Positions 1 through 9,678 of a DNA stretch of 64,000 bases are shown here, in pieces. The notes under the pieces were generated by a model. That model did not search any database. It was not told where the DNA came from and was given only the letters and a program-made list of their open reading frames with translations. This stretch comes from Vicinamibacterales bacterium (GTDB lineage Bacteria > Acidobacteriota > Vicinamibacteria > Vicinamibacterales > 2-12-FULL-66-21): assembly GCA_049642465.1 (NCBI GenBank), contig JBAROV010000050.1:6857-70856 (forward strand). Direction: 5' to 3'. The translations under genes and the position numbers were made by a program. Position 1 is the stretch's first letter, and every line of letters begins with the position of its first letter.

Positions 1-635
1 ACGTCATGGACGCGTGCTATACGGTCCTGAAGCTCGGCGCACCGACGAGCGTGATCGCGACCCTCGCCTACAACTTCCTGCCGCCGAAACCGGGCGAGCG
101 CGGTTTCGGCCAACGTGTTCAGTACAACGACAGCTATCCGCCGTCCTCGGTCATCCACCTGTCGTTTCCGGCGCGCGACAACATGCCGCCCGTCAAGCTG
201 CACTGGTACGACGGTGGCATCCTGCCCGAGCGGCCCGAGGAACTGGAACCGGAGCGAAGGATGCCCGAGTCGGGCACGATATTCGTCGGCGACAAAGGCA
301 AGATGTGGTGCGAGACCTACTCGGAGAGCCCGCGGCTCATTCCCGAGACCGCGATGGCCGCCTTCGTGCGCCCGGCGAGGAGCCTGCCCCGCGTCCCGGA
401 GGGCCGGCCCGGCCACGAGAAGAACTGGCTGGACGCGATCAGGCAGAAGGGCCAGGCCGTCTCGCACTTCGACTACGCCGGGCCGTTCACCGAGACGGTG
501 CTGCTCGGGAACGTCGCGCTGCGCTACCCCGGCACGCGGCTCATGTGGGACACAGCGACGATGAAGGTGACCAACATGCCGGACGCCGATCAGTTCATCC
601 AGCATCAGTACCGCCAGGGCTGGTCGCTGACGTAG
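1..635 (+). CDS. Gfo/Idh/MocA-family oxidoreductase, C-terminal part (5' end outside window)
   Basis: Frame is open to the window edge. MPPVKLHWYDGG...FVGDKGKMW...PRLIPE is colinear with the C-terminus of in-window paralog 3828-5432 (MPAVKLTWYDGG...YVGSKGKMM...PRLLPK). Confidence 0.75.
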   Translation, partial: VMDACYTVLKLGAPTSVIATLAYNFLPPKPGERGFGQRVQYNDSYPPSSVIHLSFPARDNMPPVKLHWYDGGILPERPEELEPERRMPESGTIFVGDKGKMWCETYSESPRLIPETAMAAFVRPARSLPRVPEGRPGHEKNWLDAIRQKGQAVSHFDYAGPFTETVLLGNVALRYPGTRLMWDTATMKVTNMPDADQFIQHQYRQGWSLT

Positions 636-712
636 GCCACATATCTCCCAAGGAGCGGGCGCTCGGAAACGGCGCCCGCTCGTGTTCTTCATCCGCAAGG
701 GACGAACGATAC

Positions 713-1675
713 GTGCCGGAAGCCGCCGACAGGTATGCAACGAGGCCGCGGACCGAGGCGGATGTCGGTCTCGCGATCGAGAGGCCCCGCGAACTCGGCC
801 ACATCCTTCGCTTCTCGCACGAGGCGATGGCCACCGTGTTCGAGGTGTACGCCGAGCACCCCGATGCGCGGTACGCGGCACAAGCGGCGCAGGCTGCCTT
901 CGACCTGGCGGATCGACTCGAGCGGGAGCTGAGCCGCTTCCTGTCCAACAGCGACATCGCGCGCGTCAACCATCTGGCGGCGCGCGGGAGCACGCAGGTC
1001 AGCGCGTCGACGCTCGAATGCCTCGTGATCGCGCGCCACATGTTCGACCTGACGGCCGGCGCGTTCGACATCTCGATCGGCACGGGGCTGCCGTCGCTCG
1101 AGCTCAACCCCGATGCGTTCCTGGTGCACGCGACGAAAGGCGGCGTGCAAGTCGATCTCGGGGGTATCGGCAAGGGCTATGCTGTGGACTTGATGGCGGA
1201 ACTGCTCGAGGAATGGGGACTGCAGGTCGCGCTCGTCCACGGCGGCTTCAGCTCCGTCATCGCGCTCGAGCCGCCTGCGGATCGCCATGGCTGGCCGCTG
1301 ACCCTGAGCGATCCCGCGTCTCCTTCGCGCGTGCTGGCCCGTCTCTCGGTGCGCCAGACAGCGCTCGGGGCCTCCGGCTTGCGTAAGGGGGACCACATCC
1401 TGGACCCGCGCACCGGCGAACCGGCGCGGGGACGGGTCGCCACCTGGGTGGCGGTGCCCCGGCCGCAGAGCGCGGGGGCCGTTGAGGACGCGCCCAGGAT
1501 CGCGGCGGCAGCGGTGACAGACGCTCTTACGACGGCATTCATGCTGCTGAGCACTGAAGAGATCGAAGGACTGTGCGAGCGCACGCCCGGACTCGAGGCC
1601 TGGCTCCTGCCGGAGCCCGCCGCTCGTCCGCACGAGGCGAGCCACCTGCTTCACTTCGGCGGTCCCGCAGACTAA
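713..1675 (+). CDS. apbE: ApbE-family FAD:protein FMN transferase
   Basis: Back part of ORF 14..1675 carries FSHEAMATVFEV, DISIGTG, DLGGIGKGYAVD and GDHILDPRTGEP, as in ApbE. The 5' part of that ORF overlaps gene 1 out of frame and is ignored. Start at in-frame GTG 713 is a guess; ATG 827 is too late because it falls inside the conserved MGT-like motif. Confidence 0.75.
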   Translation: MPEAADRYATRPRTEADVGLAIERPRELGHILRFSHEAMATVFEVYAEHPDARYAAQAAQAAFDLADRLERELSRFLSNSDIARVNHLAARGSTQVSASTLECLVIARHMFDLTAGAFDISIGTGLPSLELNPDAFLVHATKGGVQVDLGGIGKGYAVDLMAELLEEWGLQVALVHGGFSSVIALEPPADRHGWPLTLSDPASPSRVLARLSVRQTALGASGLRKGDHILDPRTGEPARGRVATWVAVPRPQSAGAVEDAPRIAAAAVTDALTTAFMLLSTEEIEGLCERTPGLEAWLLPEPAARPHEASHLLHFGGPAD

Positions 1676-1700
1676 GAGCGCTGCTGCAAGGAGAGACGAA

Positions 1701-3110
1701 ATGGCTGGGGAGAACGATAAGGAACCGAAAAGGCTGGATCGGCGCGAAGTGCTAAAGGGACTGTCCACCGTCCCCGCACTCGGTCTCTTCGGCTACGCCT
1801 GGAAGAAGCAGCGCGACTATCAGCAGGCGCGGGCGGAGGCGGCCGCGGCGGCGCCCGTAGCGCCCGCCGACCTGCAAGTGATCAACATCGCGCTCCTGGG
1901 CGCGGGGGCGCAGGGCCAGGTACTGACCGACGCGATGCTTCGAATCCCAGGGCTGCGCTTCCGCGCGGTGTGCGACATCTGGACGGAGTACAACCAGCGG
2001 CGCGTCGTCAACAGCCTGAAGCGGTACAAGCACGAGCCGAACGCCTACGAGGACTACCGCGAGATGCTCGACAAGGAGAAGGAGCTCGACGCGGTCCTCA
2101 TCGCGACGCCCGACTTCTGGCACGAGCGGCACACGATCGACTGCCTCAAGGCCGGCAAGCACGTGTACTGCGAGAAGGAGATGTCGAACACGCTCGAGGG
2201 GGCGCGGAACATGGTCGCGGCCGCGCGCGAGACCGGCAAGCTCCTGCAGATCGGCCACCAGCGCCGCTCGAATCCGCGCTACCTCCACTGCTACGACAAG
2301 CTGCTCACCGAGGCGAAGCTGCTCGGCCGTATCGTGACGGTCAACGGGCAATGGAACCGCGCGGTCACGCCGGACCTCGGCGCTCCCGATCGGTATGCCA
2401 TTCCTGCGGAGCGGCTCAAGCAGTACGGCTTCAAGGACATGCACCAGTTCCGCAACTGGCGCTGGTACAAAGGCCTGGGGGGCGGTCCGATCGTGGATCT
2501 CGGCTCGCATCAGATTGACATCTACAGCTGGTTCCTCGGCGCGAATCCCTCGCACGTCACCGCGAGCGGAGGGCTCCTGTACTACGATCCGAAGAACCAC
2601 GAGTGGTACGACACGGTGATGGCCGTCTACGACTACGAGACGCCGCAGGGGCCGGCCAAGGCGTACTACCAGACGCAGACGACCAACGGCAGCCAGGGCT
2701 ACTTCGAAAACTTCATGGGTGACCAGGGCACGCTGATCCTCTCGGAGTCTGAACTGAACTACGCCGGCCAGTTGTACCGCGACCCGAACGCGCCCGCCTG
2801 GGACGAGTGGATTCAGAAGGGCTACATCAGCGCGCCGCAGATCCAGGAAAAACCGGCGACGAGCGACTCGGGCGCGATCGCGGACGTACGCGAGTCGGTG
2901 GCGCCCGATCGGCACACGGTGCCGGTCGCGCTGCGCGACCCGTACCACCAGCCGCACCTGCAGAATTTCTTCGACGCGGTGCGCGGCAAGGCGAAACTGA
3001 ACTGCCCGTCGGAGGTCGCCTACGAGACGGCGGTCGCCGTGCTCAAGGTCAACGAGGCGATCGAGGCGAAGACGCGGCTGTCGTTCAACGCCGCGGAATT
3101 CAAGATCTAA
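1701..3110 (+). CDS. Gfo/Idh/MocA-family oxidoreductase with Tat-like signal
   Basis: N-terminal DRREVLKGLSTVPALGLFG, Rossmann segment NIALLGAGAQG, and LIATPDFWHERHTIDCLKAGKHVYCEKEM. Confidence 0.85.
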   Translation: MAGENDKEPKRLDRREVLKGLSTVPALGLFGYAWKKQRDYQQARAEAAAAAPVAPADLQVINIALLGAGAQGQVLTDAMLRIPGLRFRAVCDIWTEYNQRRVVNSLKRYKHEPNAYEDYREMLDKEKELDAVLIATPDFWHERHTIDCLKAGKHVYCEKEMSNTLEGARNMVAAARETGKLLQIGHQRRSNPRYLHCYDKLLTEAKLLGRIVTVNGQWNRAVTPDLGAPDRYAIPAERLKQYGFKDMHQFRNWRWYKGLGGGPIVDLGSHQIDIYSWFLGANPSHVTASGGLLYYDPKNHEWYDTVMAVYDYETPQGPAKAYYQTQTTNGSQGYFENFMGDQGTLILSESELNYAGQLYRDPNAPAWDEWIQKGYISAPQIQEKPATSDSGAIADVRESVAPDRHTVPVALRDPYHQPHLQNFFDAVRGKAKLNCPSEVAYETAVAVLKVNEAIEAKTRLSFNAAEFKI

Positions 3111-3123
3111 AGGAGATCGGAAA

Positions 3124-3624
3124 ATGGAGGACGCACGGCTCTCCCGCCGGGCGCTCGCGGCGATCACGGTGCTGCGCGTCGTCGTCGGATGGCACTTCCT
3201 CTACGAGGGCGTCGCGAAGCTGACGTCGCCCTCGTGGTCGGCCGCAGGCTACATGAAGCAGGCTCGGGGACCGTTTGCCGATCTGTTCAGGTGGCTGGCC
3301 AGCCAGCCGAACCTGCTCGCCAACGCCGACCTCATCACGATGTGCGGGCTCACGCTAGTCGGGGTCTTTCTGATCCTGGGCCTGTTCACGCGGCTCGCGA
3401 GCCTCGCGGGGATCGGGTTCATCCTGCTGTTCTACCTGTGCAACCCGCCGTTGGTGGGCTACTTCTACTCCATTCCCACCGAGGGCAGCTACTTGATCGT
3501 GAACAAGAACCTGGTGGAATTGTGCGCGCTCGTCGTGATCCTCGTGACGGGCAGCGGCCGTTTCGCCGGGATCGATCGCCTCCTGCACGGCGTTTTCGTC
3601 CGGCGGCCGCTCGCCGCCGCGTGA
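3124..3624 (+). CDS. DoxX-family membrane protein
   Basis: LRVVVGWHFLYEGVAKL plus about four hydrophobic segments. Lies 14 nt after the upstream gene. Confidence 0.65.
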   Translation: MEDARLSRRALAAITVLRVVVGWHFLYEGVAKLTSPSWSAAGYMKQARGPFADLFRWLASQPNLLANADLITMCGLTLVGVFLILGLFTRLASLAGIGFILLFYLCNPPLVGYFYSIPTEGSYLIVNKNLVELCALVVILVTGSGRFAGIDRLLHGVFVRRPLAAA

Positions 3625-3827
3625 CGTGATCGCCCGGGCCCTGGCGCTTCAGTGGCCCCCCCGTCCAGCGCGCGTTGCCCATCGCGCCGTTCGAGAGCTG
3701 GCCCGTTGACGCGGGGTGTGAAGTGACCGCGGCTGTTACCGGAACACTGGTTCACCGCGGTCGAGTGTACGTTGCCGGACAGGGGACAGCGGACGGCGGT
3801 AGAATCCGTGCTCTGCGAGGAGATTCC

Positions 3828-5432
3828 ATGAGCGACATCTCGAGACGCACGTTCCTTTCAACGACCGCCGCGGGAGCAGGCTTGACCATTCTGCCGCGGC
3901 ATGTGCTCGGCCGCGGGTTCCAGGCGCCCAGCGACACGGTAAACATCGCGACCGTAGGATTCGGGGGCATGGGGGGCAGCAACACGCGTCGGCTCATGAG
4001 TCAGAACATCGTGGCGATCTGCGACGTGGATGAAGCCCTCGTCGATGCACAGCTGAAGCGCATGCAGGACGACGCGGCGAAAGCGCCGACCTCGCCGCAG
4101 GGACCGCCGCTACGGACCGCCATGTCGAAGGCGCAAGTGACGGCTAATGCCCGCAGGCCTCGAATCGACAACGCGGTTGCGCTGCGGCGCTTCACGAGCG
4201 AGCAGATCCCGCGGCTGAAGCGATACCGCGATTATCGCGAGATGCTCGACAAGCAGAAGGACATCGATGCGATTGTGGTCGCGACACCGGATCACATGCA
4301 TGCAGTCATAGCGCTCGCAGCCATGGATCTGAACAAGCACGTCTACGTGCAGAAGCCCCTCTGCTGGTCGGTCGAGGAGGCGCGTGCGCTGGCGAAGAAG
4401 GCGAAGGAGAAGCCCAGCGTCGTCACGCAGATGGGCAACCAGGGACACTCGAGCGACGGCTCGCGCACCGGCTACGAATACATTCGCGGCGGCGCCATCG
4501 GCGACGTGCGTGAGGTCCAGGTGTGGACGAATCGACCGCTCGGCTTCTGGCCGCAGGGGATTCCGCGTCCGGCGCCGCTCGAGGCCGCCACCAACGCGCC
4601 GCGGCCGCTGCGTTTCCCCTCCGGACGTGTCGCACCGCTGATAGCCGACGCGCTGTATCGCGAGAACGCGTCCATCCCCTCGACGCTCTCATGGGATCTG
4701 TTCCTCGGCGTTGCGCCCGACGTGGATTACCACCCGATCTATCATCCGCATCACTGGCGCGGATGGGTGGACTGGGGCCAAGGTGCGCTCGGCGATATGG
4801 GCGCGCACCTGATCGATCACCCGTTCAAGGCGCTCAACCTCGGTCTGCCTACCGTGATCGAAACATTGTCGACGCCGTTCAACGGCGTCTGCTATCCGCA
4901 TGCCACAACGACCTACTATCAGTTCCCGGCGCGCGGCGACATGCCGGCAGTGAAGCTGACGTGGTACGACGGCGGACTCACACCGCCGCGGCTCGAGGAG
5001 CTCGGCGAGGAAAAGCTGAACGGCGAGGGCGGCATCATCTACGTGGGCAGCAAGGGCAAGATGATGCAGCTGACGTACGGCCACGAACCGCGGCTGCTGC
5101 CGAAGTCGCTGCACGATCGGATCGGCGAGCCGAAGCCCCTGCTCCCGCGCATCGCGCACGCGCAGGACGAGCACGAGATGAACTGGGTCGAGGCGATTCA
5201 AGGCAAGGCGCAGATCTCCTGCCCCTTCGAGTACGCCACACGGCTGACGGAGGTCATGCTCCTCGGTATCGTGTCGCTGCGCGCCGGACAGAAGACGCCG
5301 GGGGACAGTAAGATCCGCTACGACGGCGCCAGCATGCGCGTCACCAATACGATCAAAGGACCGGGGGGGACAGTGACCGATCCGAACGAGTTCCTCCGGC
5401 GCGAGTACCGCCGGCCATGGAAGCTGACGTAG
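3828..5432 (+). CDS. Gfo/Idh/MocA-family oxidoreductase with twin-arginine signal
   Basis: ATG 3828 is preceded by GAGGAG. MSDISRRTFLSTTAAGAGLTILP is Tat-like. Also VATPDHMHAVIALAAMDLNKHVYVQKPL. The listed ORF start at 3675 is probably too early. Confidence 0.85.
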   Translation: MSDISRRTFLSTTAAGAGLTILPRHVLGRGFQAPSDTVNIATVGFGGMGGSNTRRLMSQNIVAICDVDEALVDAQLKRMQDDAAKAPTSPQGPPLRTAMSKAQVTANARRPRIDNAVALRRFTSEQIPRLKRYRDYREMLDKQKDIDAIVVATPDHMHAVIALAAMDLNKHVYVQKPLCWSVEEARALAKKAKEKPSVVTQMGNQGHSSDGSRTGYEYIRGGAIGDVREVQVWTNRPLGFWPQGIPRPAPLEAATNAPRPLRFPSGRVAPLIADALYRENASIPSTLSWDLFLGVAPDVDYHPIYHPHHWRGWVDWGQGALGDMGAHLIDHPFKALNLGLPTVIETLSTPFNGVCYPHATTTYYQFPARGDMPAVKLTWYDGGLTPPRLEELGEEKLNGEGGIIYVGSKGKMMQLTYGHEPRLLPKSLHDRIGEPKPLLPRIAHAQDEHEMNWVEAIQGKAQISCPFEYATRLTEVMLLGIVSLRAGQKTPGDSKIRYDGASMRVTNTIKGPGGTVTDPNEFLRREYRRPWKLT

Positions 5433-5812
5433 TCGACTGTTCACTCGTCCGGGAAGGAGCCTTTGCGTTCGAGGGGAGCATCGCCGCCTTCCTCGACGCG
5501 TCCCGGACCGGCACGCCGCTGTTCTCGACACACCTCACCGGCGATGGGCTGGCACAGGTATTCTTCGGGATGGAGAGCGATCAGTTGCTCGTGCATGATC
5601 TCGACTACAGGTTTGAAGCGGGGGACCCCGTGCCCGAGCCTTCCTCGATGCTGTTAATCGGCACGGGCATCGCCCTGGGAGTGAGACGGTTCAGGCGACG
5701 TCGCGGAAGTCCAGACGTACCCAGGCGCTGTGCGAGCACTCACGAAAACGACGGTCGGACTGCCTTCGCCGGTGCAGTGAATATTGAGCGTTCTGCCACC
5801 GATATCAACTGA
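5417..5812 (+). pseudogene. PEP-CTERM sorting-domain remnant (no signal peptide, runs on past the sorting motif)
   Basis: VPEPSSMLLIGTGIALGVRRFRRRR is a PEP-CTERM motif, but the ORF continues about 35 codons beyond it into the antisense of a hydrolase fragment and lacks an N-terminal signal. Confidence 0.35.
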
Positions 5813-5962
5813 ACGCCCAATCTGCTTCAACACGTGACGATCACGCCACGCGCCGATGAGCACGTACAAGGCAGCGCCGAGTAGCACCGCCGCTACCAGT
5901 ACAGCGACCAGCCGAGCGCCTGTGCGAACCAGGCGGGCCAGAAGATTCCCGATGCTGATCAT
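5654..5962 (-). pseudogene. alpha/beta-hydrolase N-terminal fragment
   Basis: From ATG 5962: a TM anchor, then GRSVDIGGRTLNIHCTGEGSPTVVFVS as in the hydrolase N-terminus. Similarity then stops; no nucleophile elbow follows. Confidence 0.4.
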
Positions 5963-6086
5963 CGTGACGCCCAACATCAGCGGCGAACCGCAGCATATCA
6001 AGGAGATTGACTCGCGAGTCAGGCTGTGACGCAAGCCGGCTGAGCCGCCTGGGCATGCGTTCGGAGCGCCGACCGCACTGGCAGCT

Positions 6087-6389
6087 ATGACGCTTGACAC
6101 CGCCCCCCACCGCGCGGAGATTGCGCACCAACCATATGTGGACATCTCCCCGCGAGAGGGCGCCGTGAGCTACCCCGGGGAGTGGCGACAGTTGCAGTAC
6201 GATCTCACCTCGCTCTCAGGACGAGGATGTTTGACGATCGCTCGACAGTCCGGTGACGTGGTACCGGTCGACCAACCACAGGTCGTTGTGGACGCGATCC
6301 GGACGGTCGTGGAGAGAGCCCGCGGCCACGATGTCCCACTGTGCGCCACGCCTGCTCCGGACGTTCACCGCGAGACACCTCGGTCATGA
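6087..6389 (+). pseudogene. alpha/beta-hydrolase C-terminal-like fragment, opposite strand
   Basis: SGDVVPVDQPQVVVDAIRTVVERAR resembles the GH..P.E.P...ai..fl C-terminal motif, with the catalytic His position occupied by Asp. Confidence 0.3.
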
Positions 6390-6626
6390 ATTTGCGCTCA
6401 GGCAGCGCACTGACAGGAGCCTCACCGGCGAGTCTACGGCGGCCTGTCGCAGCGCTTCGATCCGAAGCAGCAGGGTCGGGAGATGGTTCCAATTTGCGAA
6501 ATTTTGGCTCACCACCTCACTCAGTCAACACCATCAAGCACTCTCGGACCGTGACGACCGACATCGCTTATAGGAGTCGAACCGCGTCACTTCTTCTTGT
6601 AGATCGTCGTCAGCACGCGAGCGCTT

Positions 6627-7013
6627 TCACAACGCCACGGTCACTCGAGCGTTTCGACATTCCGGAGGGCACGCTGACCCATTCGGTCGGGTGACGACAT
6701 ACGTCGGCTGTCTGGTCTCTTCGGTGGTCTGGGTGCCAGCCGACACGCGAATGGTGACGCTGGCGGGTGTGAAATCGGGGAAGGACACAGGGCAAGTGCC
6801 CGTCGCCGCGGTGCAGGTGGTGCTTCTCGTCGATCCATCAGGCGCGGTTACCACGACCGTCGCTGGAGTCTGACCCGGCACACCCGTCACTTCGACGACC
6901 AAGCCCGTACAACCGATCAGCGTGCAAGCACCCGGGCCGACGACATCGCATCCTGCGCCACAGGCGGCGACCAATACTAGAATGATCGCCAACACCTCGC
7001 GCGGAGTTGTCAC
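6627..7013 (-). CDS. small lipoprotein
   Basis: GTG 7013 gives VTTPREVLAIILVLVAACGAGC (lipobox LVAAC). Last gene of the ABC operon, 61 nt after the permease stop. Confidence 0.5.
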   Translation of the reverse strand: MTTPREVLAIILVLVAACGAGCDVVGPGACTLIGCTGLVVEVTGVPGQTPATVVVTAPDGSTRSTTCTAATGTCPVSFPDFTPASVTIRVSAGTQTTEETRQPTYVVTRPNGSACPPECRNARVTVAL

Positions 7014-7074
7014 TCGCCGAATCGTAGCATGGGATGGCGCGCGCGCCCGGGGCAGGAAAAAGCCTCTGCGGACA

Positions 7075-8616
7075 TCAGGTTTCGCCGCCGTAGGAGATCT
7101 GCATGCGCCGGACGGCGACACCGGCGATCCACAGGACGAATGCGGTCAGGAGCAGCAACCCGAGCATCGCGCCTGGACGCGAAGCGGGAGCGGCTGGCGC
7201 CGCCAGCAACTGGATCAGCGTCGGGACGTCCTCGTCGATCGGAGCAGGCACGGGACACAGGGACTGCAGGTAGTACAGGATGCTCAGCTTCTGCAGCGCA
7301 TGCGGCAGGATGCCGTTGACCCCCTCCCAGACGAGCAGCACGGCCGCCGGGATAATGGGATTGCGAACATACAATCCGACCGCGAGGAAGACGCTTCCGT
7401 AGCCCACGCAGCCGAGCGCGGCAGCCGCGGCATACCAGAACACGTGTCCCAGGCCACCGGCATTCCAGTAGGACTGGACCTCCACCGCATCGTGCGGCCA
7501 CATCATGGCCGCAAAGGTAAGCAGGGCACCGCCGGCGAAGATCGCAGCGGACGCAATCAGCCCGGCGGCATACTTGCCCATGAGCAGCACGTCGCGCCGC
7601 GCGGGCGCAAGAAACCAGAAGTGCAGCGTCCGGTTGCTCATCTCCCCGCGGAAGAGATACATGAAGATGCCCAGACAGCCGAAGAAGATGGCGAGCCGCA
7701 GGTAGAAGTACTGGAAGATGCCCGCGAAGACCATGCGGTCCTCTTCGAAGTCGAGCAGGCGGTGAATGTCTCTGCGCTGCACCTTGCCGTCCACGAAAAG
7801 GAATCGGGCGGACCGCCGTCCGTCGAAGTAGATCAGCTCGCGGATTTCGGTCCGCTCATCGACGAACCCGGCGCCCGTGGACGAGGCGACCGTGGTGAAT
7901 CTCTTTCCGTCGTTGCTCAGCTGAATGTTGAAATCGCGGGTGTCGGAGTCCTCGTTTTCGCCTCCCGCACTGGCGTGCTTCACGACGAAGCGCGTCACGG
8001 CACGAGCCGATCCGAGATCCACCTGCAGGAACAGGGGGAAGTCCTCGGCACACCATCGGTCGGCCTCGCCTCCCGACACGCTGCCATTCACGGCCTTCTC
8101 CGGCCCCTGATCCGGTTTGCACGGCACACTTCCGGTCGCTGGCCGATTGAGCGCCAGATTCACCCGGCCATTCGGCTCGTAGACCTCGAACTCGTAAATC
8201 TTCGCCACCGGCTCGCCGCTGTAAGAAGGGCGGTTGATATTCAGGCGGACGAAGCGGGCTTCGACCGCCGGCTCGATCACGTGCGTCGTCGTCCCCGCCT
8301 TCCCAGTGCGTTGCCGGACGCGCCGGTTCCGCACCGACCAGCGTTCCTCGGCCGGCTTTCCCAGCCGCTTCTTCACGTCGTCTGTCAGTTCTCCCTCGCC
8401 TACGCTGTCTATCAGGGCCGGGGTCGTCAGACCGCGCCGGGCAAGCCGCTCGCTCCGGAACTTCGCCTCGAGGCCGTGCCCGAAGAAGATCACCGAGGGC
8501 AGGAGCGCCAACGCGTAGACCCACAGAGAGCGCTTGGCGAAGAAGACACGTCGGAGTTCGATCTTTGCGATCGTCCACGCCTGCCTGGCCCGTTCGGGGA
8601 AGGAACGCGAAATCAT
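7075..8616 (-). CDS. ABC-2-type permease with inserted F5/8 type C (discoidin)-like extracytoplasmic domain(s)
   Basis: N-terminal TM, then about 200 aa with NLALNRPATGS...AVNGSVSGGEADRWCAEDFPLFLQVDLG...FVVKHASAGGEN...RDFNIQLSNDGKRFTTV, preceded by FVRLNINRPSYSGEPVAKIYEFEVY. Five or six TM segments follow. ATGA overlap with the upstream ATPase gene. Confidence 0.7.
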   Translation of the reverse strand: MISRSFPERARQAWTIAKIELRRVFFAKRSLWVYALALLPSVIFFGHGLEAKFRSERLARRGLTTPALIDSVGEGELTDDVKKRLGKPAEERWSVRNRRVRQRTGKAGTTTHVIEPAVEARFVRLNINRPSYSGEPVAKIYEFEVYEPNGRVNLALNRPATGSVPCKPDQGPEKAVNGSVSGGEADRWCAEDFPLFLQVDLGSARAVTRFVVKHASAGGENEDSDTRDFNIQLSNDGKRFTTVASSTGAGFVDERTEIRELIYFDGRRSARFLFVDGKVQRRDIHRLLDFEEDRMVFAGIFQYFYLRLAIFFGCLGIFMYLFRGEMSNRTLHFWFLAPARRDVLLMGKYAAGLIASAAIFAGGALLTFAAMMWPHDAVEVQSYWNAGGLGHVFWYAAAAALGCVGYGSVFLAVGLYVRNPIIPAAVLLVWEGVNGILPHALQKLSILYYLQSLCPVPAPIDEDVPTLIQLLAAPAAPASRPGAMLGLLLLTAFVLWIAGVAVRRMQISYGGET

Positions 8617-9593
8617 GACTCACCCCCGATCAGGTACTCGTATAACGCGTCCACATTCTCGTCGGCCGGCACGACGCTCTCGATTCTGTGGCCGTCGAGG
8701 GCGATGCGCCCGAGCGCACGCGCGAACTGCTCCCGATCGCGGGTCATCACCAGCATGACGAACCGGTCGTCGTTGATTTTGATCTCGGTGATGTGTTCCT
8801 CGGCGAACAGCAGCGCCGCTACGCCCGATGCGTCCCGGTCGCGGCACCGCACGATGAACTGGCTGGGATGCTCCTGAATCTCCTCGCGCACCTTGCGGAT
8901 CTTCCCCTCGGCCACGATCATCCCGTTGGCGATCAGGATGACCTGATCGCTGACGAGGTCCACTTCCTGGAGGACGTGGCTCGAGATGATGACGTGCTTT
9001 CCCTGGGCGGCCCACGAGCGGAACAAGTCGATCGTTTCTGCGCGAACCAGCGGGTCGAGGCCGTTCAGCGGCTCGTCGAGCACCAGCACGTCGGGATCGT
9101 GCGCAATGGCTTGCGCCAGCCGCACCCGCTGCCGCATGCCCTTGGAATACGCCGCGACCTTGCGGTTCGCCGCGTCGGTCAGGCTCAGGCGCTCGAGCGC
9201 TTTCCACGCCCGTTCCTCCGCTTCCGAGCGGCTGTATCCGAAAAGAAGGAGACCGGTGGTGATAAACGTGAACCCGGTTGCCCAGCGCGGCGCAGTGTCG
9301 TACTGCGTGGCGTATCCAGTGATCCGCATCAGCGCTTCGGGATCGCGTGGCGAGATCCCGCGCATGAGGATGCTGCCGTGGTCGGGGAAGATCAGGCCGG
9401 TCATCAGGTTCATCAGCGTCGTCTTGCCGGCGCCGTTCGGCCCGACCAAGCTGGTGATTCCGGGCGGGATATTCAACGAGACGCGGTTCACGCCGAGCAC
9501 TTCGCCGTAGAACTTCGAGACCTCGTCAAAGATGACCGAGGGGCTTCCCGCCTTCGCCAACGCTACGGCGGGCAGGCGCGAGATCTTTTTCAT
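8613..9593 (-). CDS. ABC transporter ATP-binding protein
   Basis: Walker A GPNGAGKTT, signature-like YSKGMRQR, Walker B LVLDEPLNGLD. Confidence 0.9.
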   Translation of the reverse strand: MKKISRLPAVALAKAGSPSVIFDEVSKFYGEVLGVNRVSLNIPPGITSLVGPNGAGKTTLMNLMTGLIFPDHGSILMRGISPRDPEALMRITGYATQYDTAPRWATGFTFITTGLLLFGYSRSEAEERAWKALERLSLTDAANRKVAAYSKGMRQRVRLAQAIAHDPDVLVLDEPLNGLDPLVRAETIDLFRSWAAQGKHVIISSHVLQEVDLVSDQVILIANGMIVAEGKIRKVREEIQEHPSQFIVRCRDRDASGVAALLFAEEHITEIKINDDRFVMLVMTRDREQFARALGRIALDGHRIESVVPADENVDALYEYLIGGES

Positions 9594-9678
9594 CGGCCGC
9601 TCCGGCTTGGGCGCCGTAGCGCGAAGCGCGAAGGCGGCTCGCGTGGCTCACTCGCTGCGCTCGTTCGCGCTGCCTCTG

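Noticed and set aside
14-826. 5' two-thirds of the 553-aa ORF 14..1675, and similar very long alternative-frame or antisense ORFs (e.g. 689..1768-, 1752..3167-, 6922..8877+, 12731..14116-, 14203..15873+, 56289..57641+, 63210..63989-).
   Set aside because: Arg/Ala/Pro/Gly-rich translations with no motifs, fully overlapping well-supported genes. This is the usual stop-codon-poor artefact of high-GC DNA.
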